From positions 620,001 through 684,000 of the forward strand of contig NIVC01000292.1 in NCBI GenBank assembly GCA_002269645.1: a stretch of 64,000 nucleotides of DNA, in the 5' to 3' direction. The notes beneath the pieces were generated by a model, which saw only the letters and a program-made list of their open reading frames with translations, was not told where the DNA came from and did no database searches. Positions within the stretch are counted from its first letter, which is position 1. Each line of letters opens with the position of its first letter. This DNA is from Macrostomum lignano (Eukaryota). Below, one piece after another: positions 49,943-61,935 of this stretch. The position numbers were made by a program, and so were the translations under genes.

Positions 49943-51522
49943 CTTGCTGACGGAGTCTCCTCGGACTGCGCGTCCACCGCCCGCCGCAGCTGCAAGCCCG
50001 ACATCGCCTGGCCCAGCCTCCGCTCTTCTCCATCAGGCTGCTGCCGCCGCTGCTCTGCGATCCACTCCCGAATCCGAGCTCCGTGCTGAGAGTTCCGCTC
50101 TGCGTAGTCGGCCACCGACTTGCCACCGGAATCGAGAAAGTCAAATACGGCGAGGCCGAGAGAGTCCGCGATGAGGCGGAGCGAGTCCAGGTCGTGATCC
50201 TGAGCAGCCAGGTGAGCAGGTGTGGCTCCGTTTGAGTCTTTTTCCAACAGACAGGCCGGACCGAGCTCAGAGATGAGCCACTTGAGACAGGAGTTGGTCT
50301 CATTCATAGCAGCTTTGTGAATGGCAGTTTGTTGTAAGTAGCCAGGCTGATGGAAGCAGTCGGATCCGAGGACTGATTTGAAGAACTGCATGGAATCGGC
50401 GCCCTGAAACTTAGCAGCGAGATGGACGGGAGTGTTTCCTTGTTGGTCTCGAACGGAGAGACAGTCGGTTCCGCACTCGTTCACCAGCCACTTGAGACAG
50501 GAGTTAGTAGCTTCATTCCTAGCGGCCCAGTGAATGGCAGTGCCTTGTAAGTAGCCAGGCTGATGGAAGCAGTCGGATCCGAGGACTGATTTGAAGAACT
50601 GCATGGAATCGGCGCCCTGAAACTTAGCAGCGAGATAGACGGGAGTGTTTCCTTGTTGGTCTCGAACGGAGAGACAGTCGGTTCCGCACTCGTTCACCAG
50701 CCACTTGAGACAGGAGTTGGTCGCTCCATTCACAGCGGCCCAGTGAATGGCAGTTTCTTGTGAGTAGCCAGGCTGATGGAAGCAGTCGGATCCGAGGACT
50801 GATTTGAAGAACTGCATGGAATCGGCGCCCTGCTTCCAAGCAGCGAGATGGACGGGAGTGTTTCCTTGTTGGTCTCGAACGGAGAGACAGTCGGTTCCGC
50901 ACTCGTTCACCAGCCACTTGAGACAGGAGTTGGTCGCTCCATTCACAGCGGCCCAGTGAATGGCAGTTTCTTGTGAGTAGCCAGGCTGATGGAAGCAGTC
51001 GGATCCGAGGACTGATTTGAAGAACTGCATGGAATCGGCGCCCTGCTTCCAAGCAGCGAGATGGACGGGAGTGTTTCCTTGTTGGTCTCGAACGGAGAGA
51101 CAGTCGGTTCCGCACTCGGTCACCAGCCACTTGAGACAGGAGTTAGTAGCCCCATTCTCAGCGGCAAAGTGAATGGCAGTGCGTTGGAGTCGGCCAGGCT
51201 GATGGAAGCAGTCGGATCCGAGGCTGCGGTGAATGAGCTCCATCCATGACACATCTCGAAACAAGGCAGCCAGGTGCACAGGAGTGTTGCCTCTTTCGTT
51301 GGTGCAGGTGAGGCAGTCGGGTCCGAGTTTCTTAATAAGAGCCTCGAAGCAGCGGAGACCGTCGGATAGATAGGTCACGTGATGAGCAATGGACTGATTC
51401 AACTGGTTGATGTTGACTGCGAAGTTGGCGTCGAGCTGCCGGCAGAGGGGGAGCAGGCGGCCTGCGTCCTTGGCACGGAGGGCTGCAGCGACTTCTTCGC
51501 GCACTGAGGCTTGCTGGGCCAT
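49943..51522 (-). CDS. Ankyrin-kinase A, exon 1: ankyrin-repeat array with 213-bp (71-aa) tandem units
   Basis: Repeated GNTPVHLAA / TAIHWAA motifs; ATG preceded by ctgcagac; 3' end inferred at a GC donor matching the phase-2 intron of paralog B. Confidence 0.85.
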
Positions 51523-51719
51523 GTCTGCAGAGTGGCGCGGACTGCGAGCGCGCTGGGCTGCTCTGTGCCGCTTTTTAAATGGACGGTGCGGCGAGGCGGG
51601 CTGAGCGGCACCCGAGCCAAACTACTGTGAGTAGGCAAAGCAGAGTAAACTGCAGATGCTGTGCTGAGTCTGTCAGTTCTCAGCTCGGAACTCAGCGAGA
51701 CCGACTGCTGGCCGCAGGT

Positions 51720-51845
51720 GCGCGACACGGGAAGGTGAGCGACACGGGAAGGTGAGCGACACGGGAAGGTGAGCGACACGGGAAGGTGAGCGACACGGGA
51801 AGGTGAGCGACACGAGAAGGTGAGCGACACAGGAAGGTGAGCCCT
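51720..51845. repeat. 17-bp minisatellite (GCGACACGGGAAGGTGA)n
   Basis: ~7 units. Confidence 0.9.
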
Positions 51846-52344
51846 GCATAAAGGGAAGGGCGAAACTAAAATTTGGGGTACAGGAGAATGGGGACAAATT
51901 GGAGAACAAAATGAGCACAAGATATATATCCAGCGCTCCGAATACCGACTCGAACTCAATCCAGCACCTGAATACTCGAATGAGCAGGTCACGGGCAGCG
52001 GCTGGTGAGCATCAGTGAGCACTGTTGCACAGGAACTCTTGACAGCGCCGTCATTGCAGAGCAGCATCAGTGAGCAGGTGAGCACAGCGCAACTCTCAGA
52101 GGAATATTTTATTATCGATTGCAGCTCATAAATCAGACAAGCTGAAGTCGACACTCAGAGCGCAGCCTTCTCAGCAACTGCTTGAGCACCTTTGTTTTGC
52201 ATCAGCCAGCAGGTGGACAGCGGCTTGGAGTGGAGCCACCGATTTTGAGCACTCTACTTGCTGAGTAATGTACATTACATTACTTAATGTATTTAATGTA
52301 CTGATGTGCTTAGTGCTGTACTTTTGCAATAAACCGTTATGTTT

Positions 52345-52596
52345 TAGAGTGCTCCATCACCGGTACAGAGTGCTCCATCACCGGTACAGAGTGCTCCATC
52401 ACCGGTACAGAGTGCTCCATCACCGGTACAGAGTGCTCCATCACCGGTACAGAGTGCTCCATCACCGGTACAGAGTGCTCCATCACCGGTACAGAGTGCT
52501 CCATCACCGGTACAGAGTACTCCATCACCGGTACAGAGTGCTCCATCACCGGTACAGAGTGCTCCATCACCGGTACAGAGTGCTCCATCACCGGTG
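52345..52596. repeat. 21-bp minisatellite (AGAGTGCTCCATCACCGGTAC)n, ~12 copies
   Basis: Direct. Confidence 0.95.
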
Positions 52597-53029
52597 CTCA
52601 ATAATTAACAAAACACGCAATTCCGTGACTTCAGTTTCTGCAGAAGCAGCAACGATGCTCTCCAGACTCTGTCGAGTCCAACAAATTTCTCCAAAGTGCA
52701 GAATCCTCAGAGCCTCATCAAATATATTTAGTCATCAGGCAGGGCGGCAGGGAGACGTCAAGCGCTCAGGAAGCTGGCAGTTCTGGCACCAGACTCTGCT
52801 CAGAGCTGCTCACAAATCTGCACTCAGCGGGCTGGCTGAGGCCTCGCAGCTCTGATGGGATTTGAGAAGCTGCTGGAGTTGAGCACTGCGGGACCTGAGC
52901 GACTGGAGCAGGGAGGGACTTAAGCTGATGAGGCTGTGCGAGAGACTATAAATGCAATGCTCTGGGAGACTGGGGAGAGGGAGAGGGGAAGGGATGGAGA
53001 AGGGAGGAGAGGAGGGATGGAGATGCAGC

Positions 53030-53285
53030 ATGGGTGCAGCAGTGGGAGATGCAGTGTGCGGGCACAGCACGGGTGCAGCAGTGGGAGATGCAGTGTGCGG
53101 GTACAGCACGGGTGCAGCAGTGGGGAGATGCAGTGTGCGGGCACAGCACGGGTGCAGCAGTGGGAGATGCAGTGTGCGGGCACAGCACGGGTGCAGCAGT
53201 GGGAGACGCAGTGTGCGGGCACAGCACGGGTGCAGCAGTGGGGAGATGCAGTGTGCGGGCACAGCACGGGTGCAGCAGTGGGAGG
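53030..53285. repeat. 39-bp minisatellite, ~6 copies
   Basis: GCAGTGGGAGATGCAGTGTGCGGGCACAGCACGGGTGCA units. Confidence 0.92.
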
Positions 53286-53962
53286 CGGTGGGTTCGCACC
53301 TGACAGACTCAATAAAAATTCAATTAACGCACAATGAGCAGCGAATGTACATCAGTGTAAATTACAGATCAGTCTGGGAAAGGATTGCTAGCCCAGCTCC
53401 CTACTCTATTGGGATAAATCCTCAGCTTAAATCCCAAAGCATCCCAAAGCTCAGGGTCAGACTAGCAATCCACTCCCCGACTCCGCTGGGCCCAGCAGCT
53501 CACAGCGGGTGCACACAGCAATTTCAGCTTGCGGATTCGGCAGGGACAACAAAGAGTCACAACAAAGAGCTGATAGGGACAAGCGGCAGGTGCAGCGGAT
53601 CACAGAGAGCGGTGCACTGGCGGTGCCAAGAGGTGCATTCTGAAGTGCAGGAGGACTTCAGTGAATTGCCAGTTGCAGAAATTTGCACACAGAAATATTT
53701 TTTACAGTGCGAACTGATCGAATTCGGCAAAGCTGGGCAGAGGGCGCGGCAGCCGCGGCTCTGCGGCATCTCCGTGTGAGCCGCCCCGGATCTGCCGCTC
53801 CTTGGCTAGACTAGCAATCCACTCTGTTTGTGGAATCCAGCAAACCAGGCCCGGGAGCGCCAAGGTCAAGTCAGTAAAAGTACATCCTGTCACATCCAGG
53901 GCATTGCTGATTGACAGTTCAGTCCAGCTGCATGGGGCCGGGGCTCGAGCCCCGCACCTCCT

Positions 53963-54187
53963 CTAGGAGGCCAGCGGCAGCTGCAGCAGGCTGCCGTCCC
54001 GTGGCGAGAAGCCGGCGTTGTGGCGCTGCAGGAACAGGTGCACCTCCCGGAACCGCGGCCTGCAGGCTTCGTCCCGCTGCCAGCACTCGCTCATCAGGTC
54101 GAAGAGCTCGCGGGGGCACCGCGGGGGGCGGGGCAGCGCCTGAGCAGCGCCGTTGCAGAGCATGACGTGCTGGCAGTTGGCGACCAC
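53963..54187 (-). CDS. DDR: Discoidin domain receptor tyrosine kinase, last exon
   Basis: LPRPPRCPRELFDLMSECW...RPRFREVHLFLQRHNAGF, typical of the DDR C-terminus. Confidence 0.88.
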   Translation of the reverse strand: MVANCQHVMLCNGAAQALPRPPRCPRELFDLMSECWQRDEACRPRFREVHLFLQRHNAGFSPRDGSLLQLPLAS

Positions 54188-54235
54188 CTGGCAGTGATGG
54201 GGAGCGGGAGGCTGCGTCAGGACACAGGTCAGAGT

Positions 54236-54460
54236 GGATTGCTAATCTAGCCTACACAAATGGGTTGCTAATCTAGCCTACACAAATGGATTGCTAATCT
54301 AGCCTGCACAGCTGCACAAATGGATTGCTAATCTAGCCTACACGAATGGATTGCTAATCTAGCCTACACAGCTGCACAAATGGATTGCTAGTCTAGCCTA
54401 CACAGCTGCACAAATGGATTGCTAATCTAGCCTACACAGCTGCACAATTGGATTGCTAGT
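54236..54460. repeat. 26-36-bp minisatellite with core GGATTGCTAATCTAGCCTA
   Basis: Tandem units in a DDR intron. Confidence 0.9.
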
Positions 54461-54570
54461 CTCGCAGATCTCGCAGGCAATCCAATGCTACTCAGTTATG
54501 CTACTCTACTGCCTACTTCCAGTAGTGCAAGCGCAGCCAGTCAGACAAACACCGAGCAGCAGCCGCTCAC

Positions 54571-55385
54571 CTGCTGGTCGGTGAGGTGAGCAAACGGCTG
54601 CTCCCTGCAGAAGGTGAGCATCTCCCAGAGCGTCACGGCGAAGCTCCAGACGTCGCTGCGGCAGGAGAAGCGGCCGTGCAGGACGGCCTCCCAGGCCATC
54701 CAGCGGATCGGCAGCGAGGCGCCGCGACCTCCGTCCAGCCTGCAGTAGTCAGCAGAGTAGAGAGGCTGAGACATGCCAAAGTCGCAGATCTTTACCTGGT
54801 AGTCTTCACCCAGCAGGCAGTTGCGGCAGGCCAGGTCTCGGTGCACCAGCTGCAGGGACTCCAGGTACTTCATGCCGCTGGCAATCTGAGCTGCCAGGTA
54901 GATGAGGCAGCCGTGAGAAAGCGGCGGCTCAGGTGATGCTGCAGCGGCCGCCCTGGAGCGCAGGAACTGGTGCAGGTCCCCATGCTGCATGAACTCCACC
55001 AGGATGCACTGCTGCGCCGCTGCGTCCTTGGTTGCCACGCCCAGCACCCTGACGATGTTCGGGTTTTGCAGGCGCGCCAACAGCCGCATCTCGCGCCGGA
55101 AGTCGCGGCGCGCCTGCGGCCCCGCGCCAAGCCGGAGAGTCTTGGCCGCCACCAGCAGCAGCCGGCCGCCAGGAGCGGCCCACTCGGCCAGGCGGACCTC
55201 GCCGAACTGGCCGGCACCAAGGCGCTCTTTCAGCGCCACGGAGCCCGGCGCCACCTCGAGAGCGGCGACCGCGTCGGAGTCGGCGCCGCCGTCCAGATCG
55301 TCAGGGACTCCAGCGACACCGCCGCAGTCCATGGCGGAGGCGAGGTCCGCGTCCGGACAGGCGTAGACTGTGTTGCCCGAGCAGC
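54571..55385 (-). CDS. DDR: DDR-like receptor tyrosine kinase, juxtamembrane + kinase exon
   Basis: GCSGNTVYACP (DDR juxtamembrane), LGAGQFGEV, HRDLACRNCL, DFGMSQPLYSADY, LPIRWMAWE, SDVWSFAVTLWE. Confidence 0.9.
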
Positions 55386-55970
55386 CTTCGGATTAGGGGA
55401 GTAGGGGAGTGGATTTAGAGGGGATTATTGGAATTTGGAAGGCCAGCTGCAGCTGGTGATGGGGAATGGCGCTCGCTCAGATTCCGGGAAACTCAGACAC
55501 CAGCAGCTCAGAAATCAGGTGCTCCATCAGCTCAGGACTCAGAGCCTGCCTTCGCTGCTGCCGCTCGCTCACGCCTCAGGAGTTCAGCGCAGACTGACAG
55601 CTCGAAGAGGCTGAGCTGGCTGCATCATCTCAGAGGTGCCGGTGAGGCAAAGTCATCGAGAGGCTGGCCAAGTGGCCTCATCAGCGGCTGCCCCATCAGT
55701 GACGGTTACGCAATGAGCTCTGCTCCCCAGCAGAATTCCCTCCCCTCTGCTGTCTGCCTCACCGGCAGGAAGTGGCTGAGCTGCCTCATCTCTCTCCCAG
55801 CCTTTCAGCTGCTCAGTTGATCACTTTCCACTTGATGCGGCTGAGATGCTGGGACAAAGAGCTGCTCGCATGGCTGATAAGTGTTTGATGCTGGGGGCTT
55901 CATCAGTGGGGATCTGAGCAGGAATGCGGACTGAGAAGACTCAGGTGTCACCTGATGGCACTGATAGAGC

Positions 55971-58134
55971 TCAGTGGGAAATATGAGATGTTGAGGCAAT
56001 AGGGTAATCCCCTAATCCTCGTAACAGGTGAGTCAGGCCACCTGTTGATGTGCATGCCGTGAGCCTATGAACATGCTGACGTTGCAAGCGACTTTCTGCC
56101 ACAGGCGGCACTGGTCTCTTGGAATCGAAAATTGCTAGAAGCGGTTTGTGGCCAGTGACCAGGATGAAATTTCGACCAAACAGGTACTTATGGAACTTCT
56201 TAAGTCCAAATATAATTACCAATGCTTCATTTTCAATTTGGGCATAGTTATTTTCAGCAGCTGACAGTTTTCTAGAAGCGTAGGCGATTGGCCTGTCTCC
56301 GGTCTTTGTTTCATGAGAAATGACCGCACCAAAACCGTAAGGTGAAGCGTCATATTCTAGCTTCAGCTTCTTGGACAGATCATAGTGAGTCAGCACCTTT
56401 CTTGAAGTAAGTTGATCTTTGACGTGCTTGAACGCGGATTCGAACTCGGCTGGCCAGTCGAAATCCTTTTCTTTTCGAAGTCGCAAGTAAAAGGGGTGCA
56501 TCCGAGTTGCCAGATTCTGGATGAATTTTCCATAGTAATTTACCAGTCCAATTCAAGCCCTCAGCTCGGACACATTTCGTGGGCGTGGAGCCTCATGGAT
56601 AGCTCTGATCTTGTCCTCAGTTGGGTGAATTCCCTTTTCATCCATCCTGTATCCAAGGAAAGTGATAGACGTCTGCTCGAATTTGCACTTCGACTTCTTT
56701 AGTCTGACACCTCGCTCTCGAAAGCGTTGCAAAACCTTCTTCAGATTTTGCAAGTGTTCCTCGGAATTCTTGCCAACTACTAAAACATCGTCAATGAAGC
56801 AGATGACTCCGCTCAGTCCTTGCAGCATCTTGTCCATGGCCATCTGGAAAACTACCGGTCCACTGGCTAGTCCGTATTGCAGCCGCTGGCACTGAAACAA
56901 TCCCTTGTGCGTATTGAGCACAATGTACTGTTTGGAGTCTTCGTCCAATTATAGCTGCAGAAATGCTTGAGTAGCGTCCAACTTAGGGATATACTTGCCT
57001 CCATTTAGAGAACTAAACAGATCTTCCTGCCTGGACAATGGGTACTGGTCGACAATCAGAACCTTGTTCAGTGTCGTCTTGAAATCCGCAAATTCTCACT
57101 GATCAAAGCGAACAGGCTTTTTGGTTATCAAAATTTCTACGAAGTAAGCAGGGTTACCTCTGTCAAATACCCGATTAATGCTTGGTGGTGATACTCTGGC
57201 TTCTTGGCCACACGGTTCATTCGCGAAGTACTCCGTAACTTGCTTGTTGCGAAATCCTTTCAGAGCCACGGTAGACTTACATGCAACTCCCAGGTGTCCT
57301 TCTTTTCCACACTTGTTGCACTTTTTATTACGATGTGGGCAAGCATTTGCCAAGTGATCTGGGCCAGAGCAACGGTAGCACCTGCGAGTAAATGTAGGCT
57401 TCTCCTTGTTTCCTTCCCTGATTTGGCGGGTCACAGTAGCGCGTCGAAAAGCTGGCTTCCGCTTCTGGAGCTGGTTGCTTCGAGTGCCAACTCTGTTCAC
57501 TGCTGGAGCAGATCCTTGGATGCTGCGAGCGTTCTTGAATGCATTCTCAATGACCTGGGCCTCCTCAACTGCGACCTTGAATGTCGAGTCGTCTTTTAGA
57601 GTGGTCAACAGTTTGTTCAACATATGCTCGTCTCTGAGGCCGAAGTCAAAAGCATCGCGGAGCGCTTGATCCAGGAATGCATCAAACTTGCAGCTGGCAC
57701 TGAGGCTTCGAAGACTTACAACGAAGTCGGCTATGGTCTCGCCATCCTTCTGCTTCCTTTGAGCGAATACGAATCGTTGAGCAATAGAGCTCAATTCCGG
57801 TGTAAACTGGTGCCGGAGTGCAGTCAGTAGCTCCTCGTAGGACTTGTCCTCGCACTTCGCTGGCGCAATTGCGTTCCTCAGAATTGAGTAAGCCTCTTCT
57901 CCGATCAGGGTCAGCAGGTTCGCCTTTTCTCAGCTTCATCAGTGACTTTCTTGGCCACATGAAAATACTCCAGCCGCTCCTCGTACTCCTCCCAGTTCCG
58001 AGGGTTGCTGCAGTTGAATGGTTCGATAACCGGCCTCGTCGCCATTGTTGTGTTTGTATCGTATTTCCTAAAAGCCGTTTATTATAAAAGCAAGCACGCA
58101 GGCTCGAAGCCTAAGGAACGCAGCTTTCACAACA
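55971..58134 (-). mobile_element. Degenerate Mag-like Ty3/Gypsy element (5' LTR, gag, partial RT/RNase H)
   Basis: Candidate 89-bp LTR TGTTGTG...CACAACA (58046-58134); PBS TGGCGACGAGG overlapping the gag ATG at 58045; gag with two CCHC; FIDD RT; RNase H IAYASRKL; frameshifts, stops and PR deletion; no 3' LTR seen. Confidence 0.88.
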
Positions 58135-59244
58135 GGCTCATGGCTGCTGCCAGTGTCATGCTGTTTCTGGAACAATCGATCAGCAGTGTCTGTCCAACTG
58201 AAGTCGGAGGTCGCGAACTGCTGCAGAGGCGCCTCTTGCAGGTGAAGAATTTATTATTATTTGCAGCTCTTTGCTCTCTGTTAAACAAAAGTACAAAGCC
58301 AGAAGCAGTACCTAAATGCTCGCATCTCACTGCAATGAGCGCCACGGAGCCCGGCGCCACCTCGAGAGCGGCGACCGCGCCAGAGTCCGCGCCGTCCAGT
58401 CTGACTTTCGAGCGCCATCTGTCTGCAGGCGTCACCGCAGGCGCCGGAATTTCTCAGTCAGCCCATAGACAGCAATAACTTGGTAAACAAAATTCCGCAG
58501 TTGCTATGGAGACAACCCGATTTTGTGAATCGGAAATTTTGATGCTTTTGAATCTGCATAAAATATTCTCCATTTATTTATTCCAAAAAATCAGGGTAAT
58601 TATAATTATTGCAATCAGGGGATAAATATTGCAGTCAGAGGGATAAATATTGCAATTAAGGAATAATTATTGCAATTAAGGGATAAGTAGTATAATCAGG
58701 GGATAAATAAACTTTCGCACACACGAACACTGATTCAAATTCGCTCATTGCTACTTGTCAGTAGTTGATCTCTCACATCTGGCCATCACAAGCAGTCCCT
58801 CAGGTGCATAAAAAGTAACTCAGCGTGTGAGCTGTGAAAGCTCCAATTAAAACGCCTTTCTGTCGATAAGAGCTGCAAGAATGCCTGCAGGGCATGCAGA
58901 GCCAGCAGCTGAGCCATAGGGGGCTCACAGATAAGGCCGCCTGTTCACCGCAGCTGAGCACACGTGAGGCATTCTAGCGGTGAAATGCTTGGCGTACTGT
59001 TCTGCTCTGACAAAATCAGCAGTGCATTTTATATAATCATTATTTTGGTGCCATGGCTCAGTGACTCGGCACAGACTTTTCATTTTAGCACTTTTATATT
59101 AGCTCACAGCGAATTTGACTTGGCCTCGAAGTATGCTTAACGGGAGAATATGTTTATGTCTTTGAGGGAGATGATTTCCACTGTTGACAGTTCTCAGAGA
59201 GACAGCGGAACAACAGCACTGAAATCACAGCTTCTGATTGACCA

Positions 59245-59315
59245 TCTGTCACTGACTCATGCCAGTCTGTCACTGACTCATGCCAATCTGTCACTGACTC
59301 ATGCCAGTCTGTCAC
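59245..59315. repeat. 21-bp minisatellite (same unit as 37507-37996), ~3 copies
   Basis: Begins at the stop codon of kinase B. Confidence 0.9.
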
Positions 59316-59773
59316 TGCAGAAATTTGTGCTCCAGCAGCTCCGCGGTGGCCGCTCGCCTCCTCGGCTCCCTCTGGACGCACCGTCCGTAGAAGTCCCTCA
59401 GCAGGGCGGAGGTCCCGGCCGGCAGCTGCGGCATGTCGTGGTTTCGAATCCTCAGCGGGATCTGCTGCCACATGAGCTGCCCATTCGGAGGCTTTATCTC
59501 CAGCATCTCGAACACGGAGCAGCCGAAAGCCCACACGTCAGTCTTGGGTGAGTACACGATTCTTCCGTCCTCACTGAACAGCTCTGGAGCCATGTAGTAG
59601 AAGGTGCCGCACTCCGTCTTGGTGCTGCGCATCGTGGCGAAGACCTCCTTGGCGAGACCGAAGTCGATCAGCTTGATGAGGCCCTCATTGGTGAGCATCA
59701 AGTTGGAGCACTTGATGTCACGGTGCAGGGTGACGGGACTGCGGCTGTGCAGGAAGTTGAGCGCTGAGCAGAT
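59312..59773 (-). CDS. Ankyrin-kinase B, last exon (kinase C-lobe)
   Basis: Near-identical to 48694-49155; [16 protein letters not shown]. Confidence 0.92.
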   Translation of the reverse strand: MCSALNFLHSRSPVTLHRDIKCSNLMLTNEGLIKLIDFGLAKEVFATMRSTKTECGTFYYMAPELFSEDGRIVYSPKTDVWAFGCSVFEMLEIKPPNGQLMWQQIPLRIRNHDMPQLPAGTSALLRDFYGRCVQREPRRRAATAELLEHKFLQ

Positions 59774-59794
59774 CTGTGAGTTGGGGAGCGAGTG

Positions 59795-60285
59795 AGCAGG
59801 GGTGGTGTGGGATCTGAGCTGCTTGGAGAAGTCCCTTACTGCTGCATGGGGTGGTGTGGGATCTGAGCTGCTTGGAGAAGTCCCTCACTGCTGCATGGGA
59901 TGGTGTGGGATCTGAGCTGCTTGGAGAAGTCCCTCACTGCTGCATGGGGTGGTGTGGGATCTGAGCTGCTTGGAGAGTCCCTCACTGCTGCATGGGGTGG
60001 TGTGGGATCTGAGCTGCTTGGAGAAGTCCCTCACTGCTGCATGGGGTGGTGTGGGATCTGAGCTGCTTGGAGAAGTCCCTCACTGCTGCATGGGGTGGTG
60101 TGGGATCTGAGCTGCTTGGAGAAGTCCCTCACTGCTGCATGGGGTGGTGTGGGATCTGAGCTGCTTGGAGAAGTCCCTCACTGCTGCATGGGGTGGTGTG
60201 GGATCTGAGCTGCTTGGAGAAGTCCCACACTGCTGCATGGGGTGGTGTGGGATCTCACCTGCTTGGAGAAGTCCCTCACTGCTGC
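59795..60285. repeat. 49-bp junction minisatellite, 9 copies plus the original
   Basis: Same unit as 49177-49420. Confidence 0.93.
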
Positions 60286-60580
60286 CTCATCGAAGGGCCG
60301 TCGCTGCAGCTGCATCAGCTCAGAGAGGCTGTGGCCGGAGATCAGCTCGGTGAAGATGCACAGCTTGCCCTTCTTGATGCGCTCAGACTTGAGGAACTGC
60401 ACGATGTTCGGGTGCCGGATGGCCTTCAGCCTGACGATCTTGAAAGCCACAGTCTGGCGCTTATCGGTGAACGCCTTGTACACCTGGCCGAAGCCACCTA
60501 CTCCGAGCAGCTGCTTGTTGCCGTCACCATCGAGAAGGAAGTGCCAGCTGGAGAAGGCGGGGTCCAGAGGCGGCCTTGTA
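60259..60580 (-). CDS. Ankyrin-kinase B, N-lobe exon with a 69-nt in-frame deletion
   Basis: 322 nt vs 391 nt in A; KIVRL fused directly to KAIRHP. Confidence 0.88.
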
Positions 60581-60939
60581 CTGAAAGATGTTGAAAGACT
60601 GAATGAAGCAAAGCGAGATGGCTGCAGAAATGGGGAACTGAGCAGGCAGGGAGAGTCTGTCAAGTGATGATGTCATGGGACAGTGTACGGCTGACTAGTT
60701 CTATCTCTCTCTCCGTCATCACTGTCCCATTGAAATAGGTACAGCCAACAACTCTGTTTAATCAAGTCTAGAAGTAATAAGCAATAGCACAACCAAATAT
60801 ATAAAAACAAGCCCTGCTCAGTGGAAGTAAAATCTTAAAGGCTTCGTGTCAGAAATAGAGCGAAATTTGAATTTTCTACATTGGCATTGCAAACTATCGA
60901 ACAAACAAGCGCAGTGGCTAATATTATCTCTGTCGCCAC

Positions 60940-61305
60940 GAGTGCCATTCAATCCATCCAGCTACTCAGTCACGCAGTGGGCGGCCTGGTCAATTAGATT
61001 TGACTATTTCATTGCAGCGTCTGGAGTCTCAGAAGAAAACAGAATAAGTGCCATTAAATCTGGCCCAGTAAGTGTGGCATCTACTGCTCTCTGGAGATCT
61101 CCAGAGAAGTGCAAGCCAATCGCACAGACTCAAGAGAATCGCTGGAGAAGCTTTTGCCTCAACTGACCAAAACCTGGTCTTCGCACGGTATCAGTTTCGG
61201 CAGTGCACACAACAGCTGGGAGAGACCATAGACAGCCTGGCAGGCTTACGGTAGTGCGCGCATCTCGGTTTGGCATTCCGAAGACGGTTAAGCAGGGTGA
61301 CGAGG
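60940..61305 (+). pseudogene. Mag-like gag relic in intron 1 of kinase B
   Basis: PFNPSSYSVTQWAAWSIRFDYFIAASGV and NLVFARYQFRQCTQQLGETIDSL in broken frames. Confidence 0.7.
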
Positions 61306-61935
61306 GCGCCAGCACCAAGGGCGCCAGCACCAAGGGCGCCAGCACCAAGGGCGCCAGCACCAAGGGCGCCAGCACCAAGGGCGCCAGCACCAAGGGCGCC
61401 AGCACCAAGGGCGCCAGCACCAAGGGCGCCAGCACCAAGGGCGCCAGCACCAAGGGCGCCAGCACCAAGGGCGCCAGCACCAAGGGCGCCAGCACCAAGG
61501 GCGCCAGCACCAAGGGCGCCAGCACCAAGGGCGCCAGCACCAAGGGCGCCAGCACCAAGGGCGCCAGCACCAAGGGCGCCAGCACCAAGGGCGCCAGCAC
61601 CAAGGGCGCCAGCACCAAGGGCGCCAGCACCAAGGGCGCCAGCACCAAGGGCGCCAGCACCAAGGGCGCCAGCACCAAGGGCGCCAGCACCAAGGGCGCC
61701 AGCACCAAGGGCGCCAGCACCAAGGGCGCCAGCACCAAGGGCGCCAGCACCAAGGGCGCCAGCACCAAGGGCGCCAGCACCAAGGGCGCCAGCACCAAGG
61801 GCGCCAGCACCAAGGGCGCCAGCACCAAGGGCGCCAGCACCAAGGGCGCCAGCACAAAGACGCACCAGCACCAAGGGCGCCAGCACAAAGACGCACCAGC
61901 ACCAAGGGCGCCAGCACAAAGACGCACCAGCACCA
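61305..61935. repeat. 15-bp minisatellite (GGCGCCAGCACCAAG)n, ~37 perfect copies plus variants
   Basis: Direct. Confidence 0.97.
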
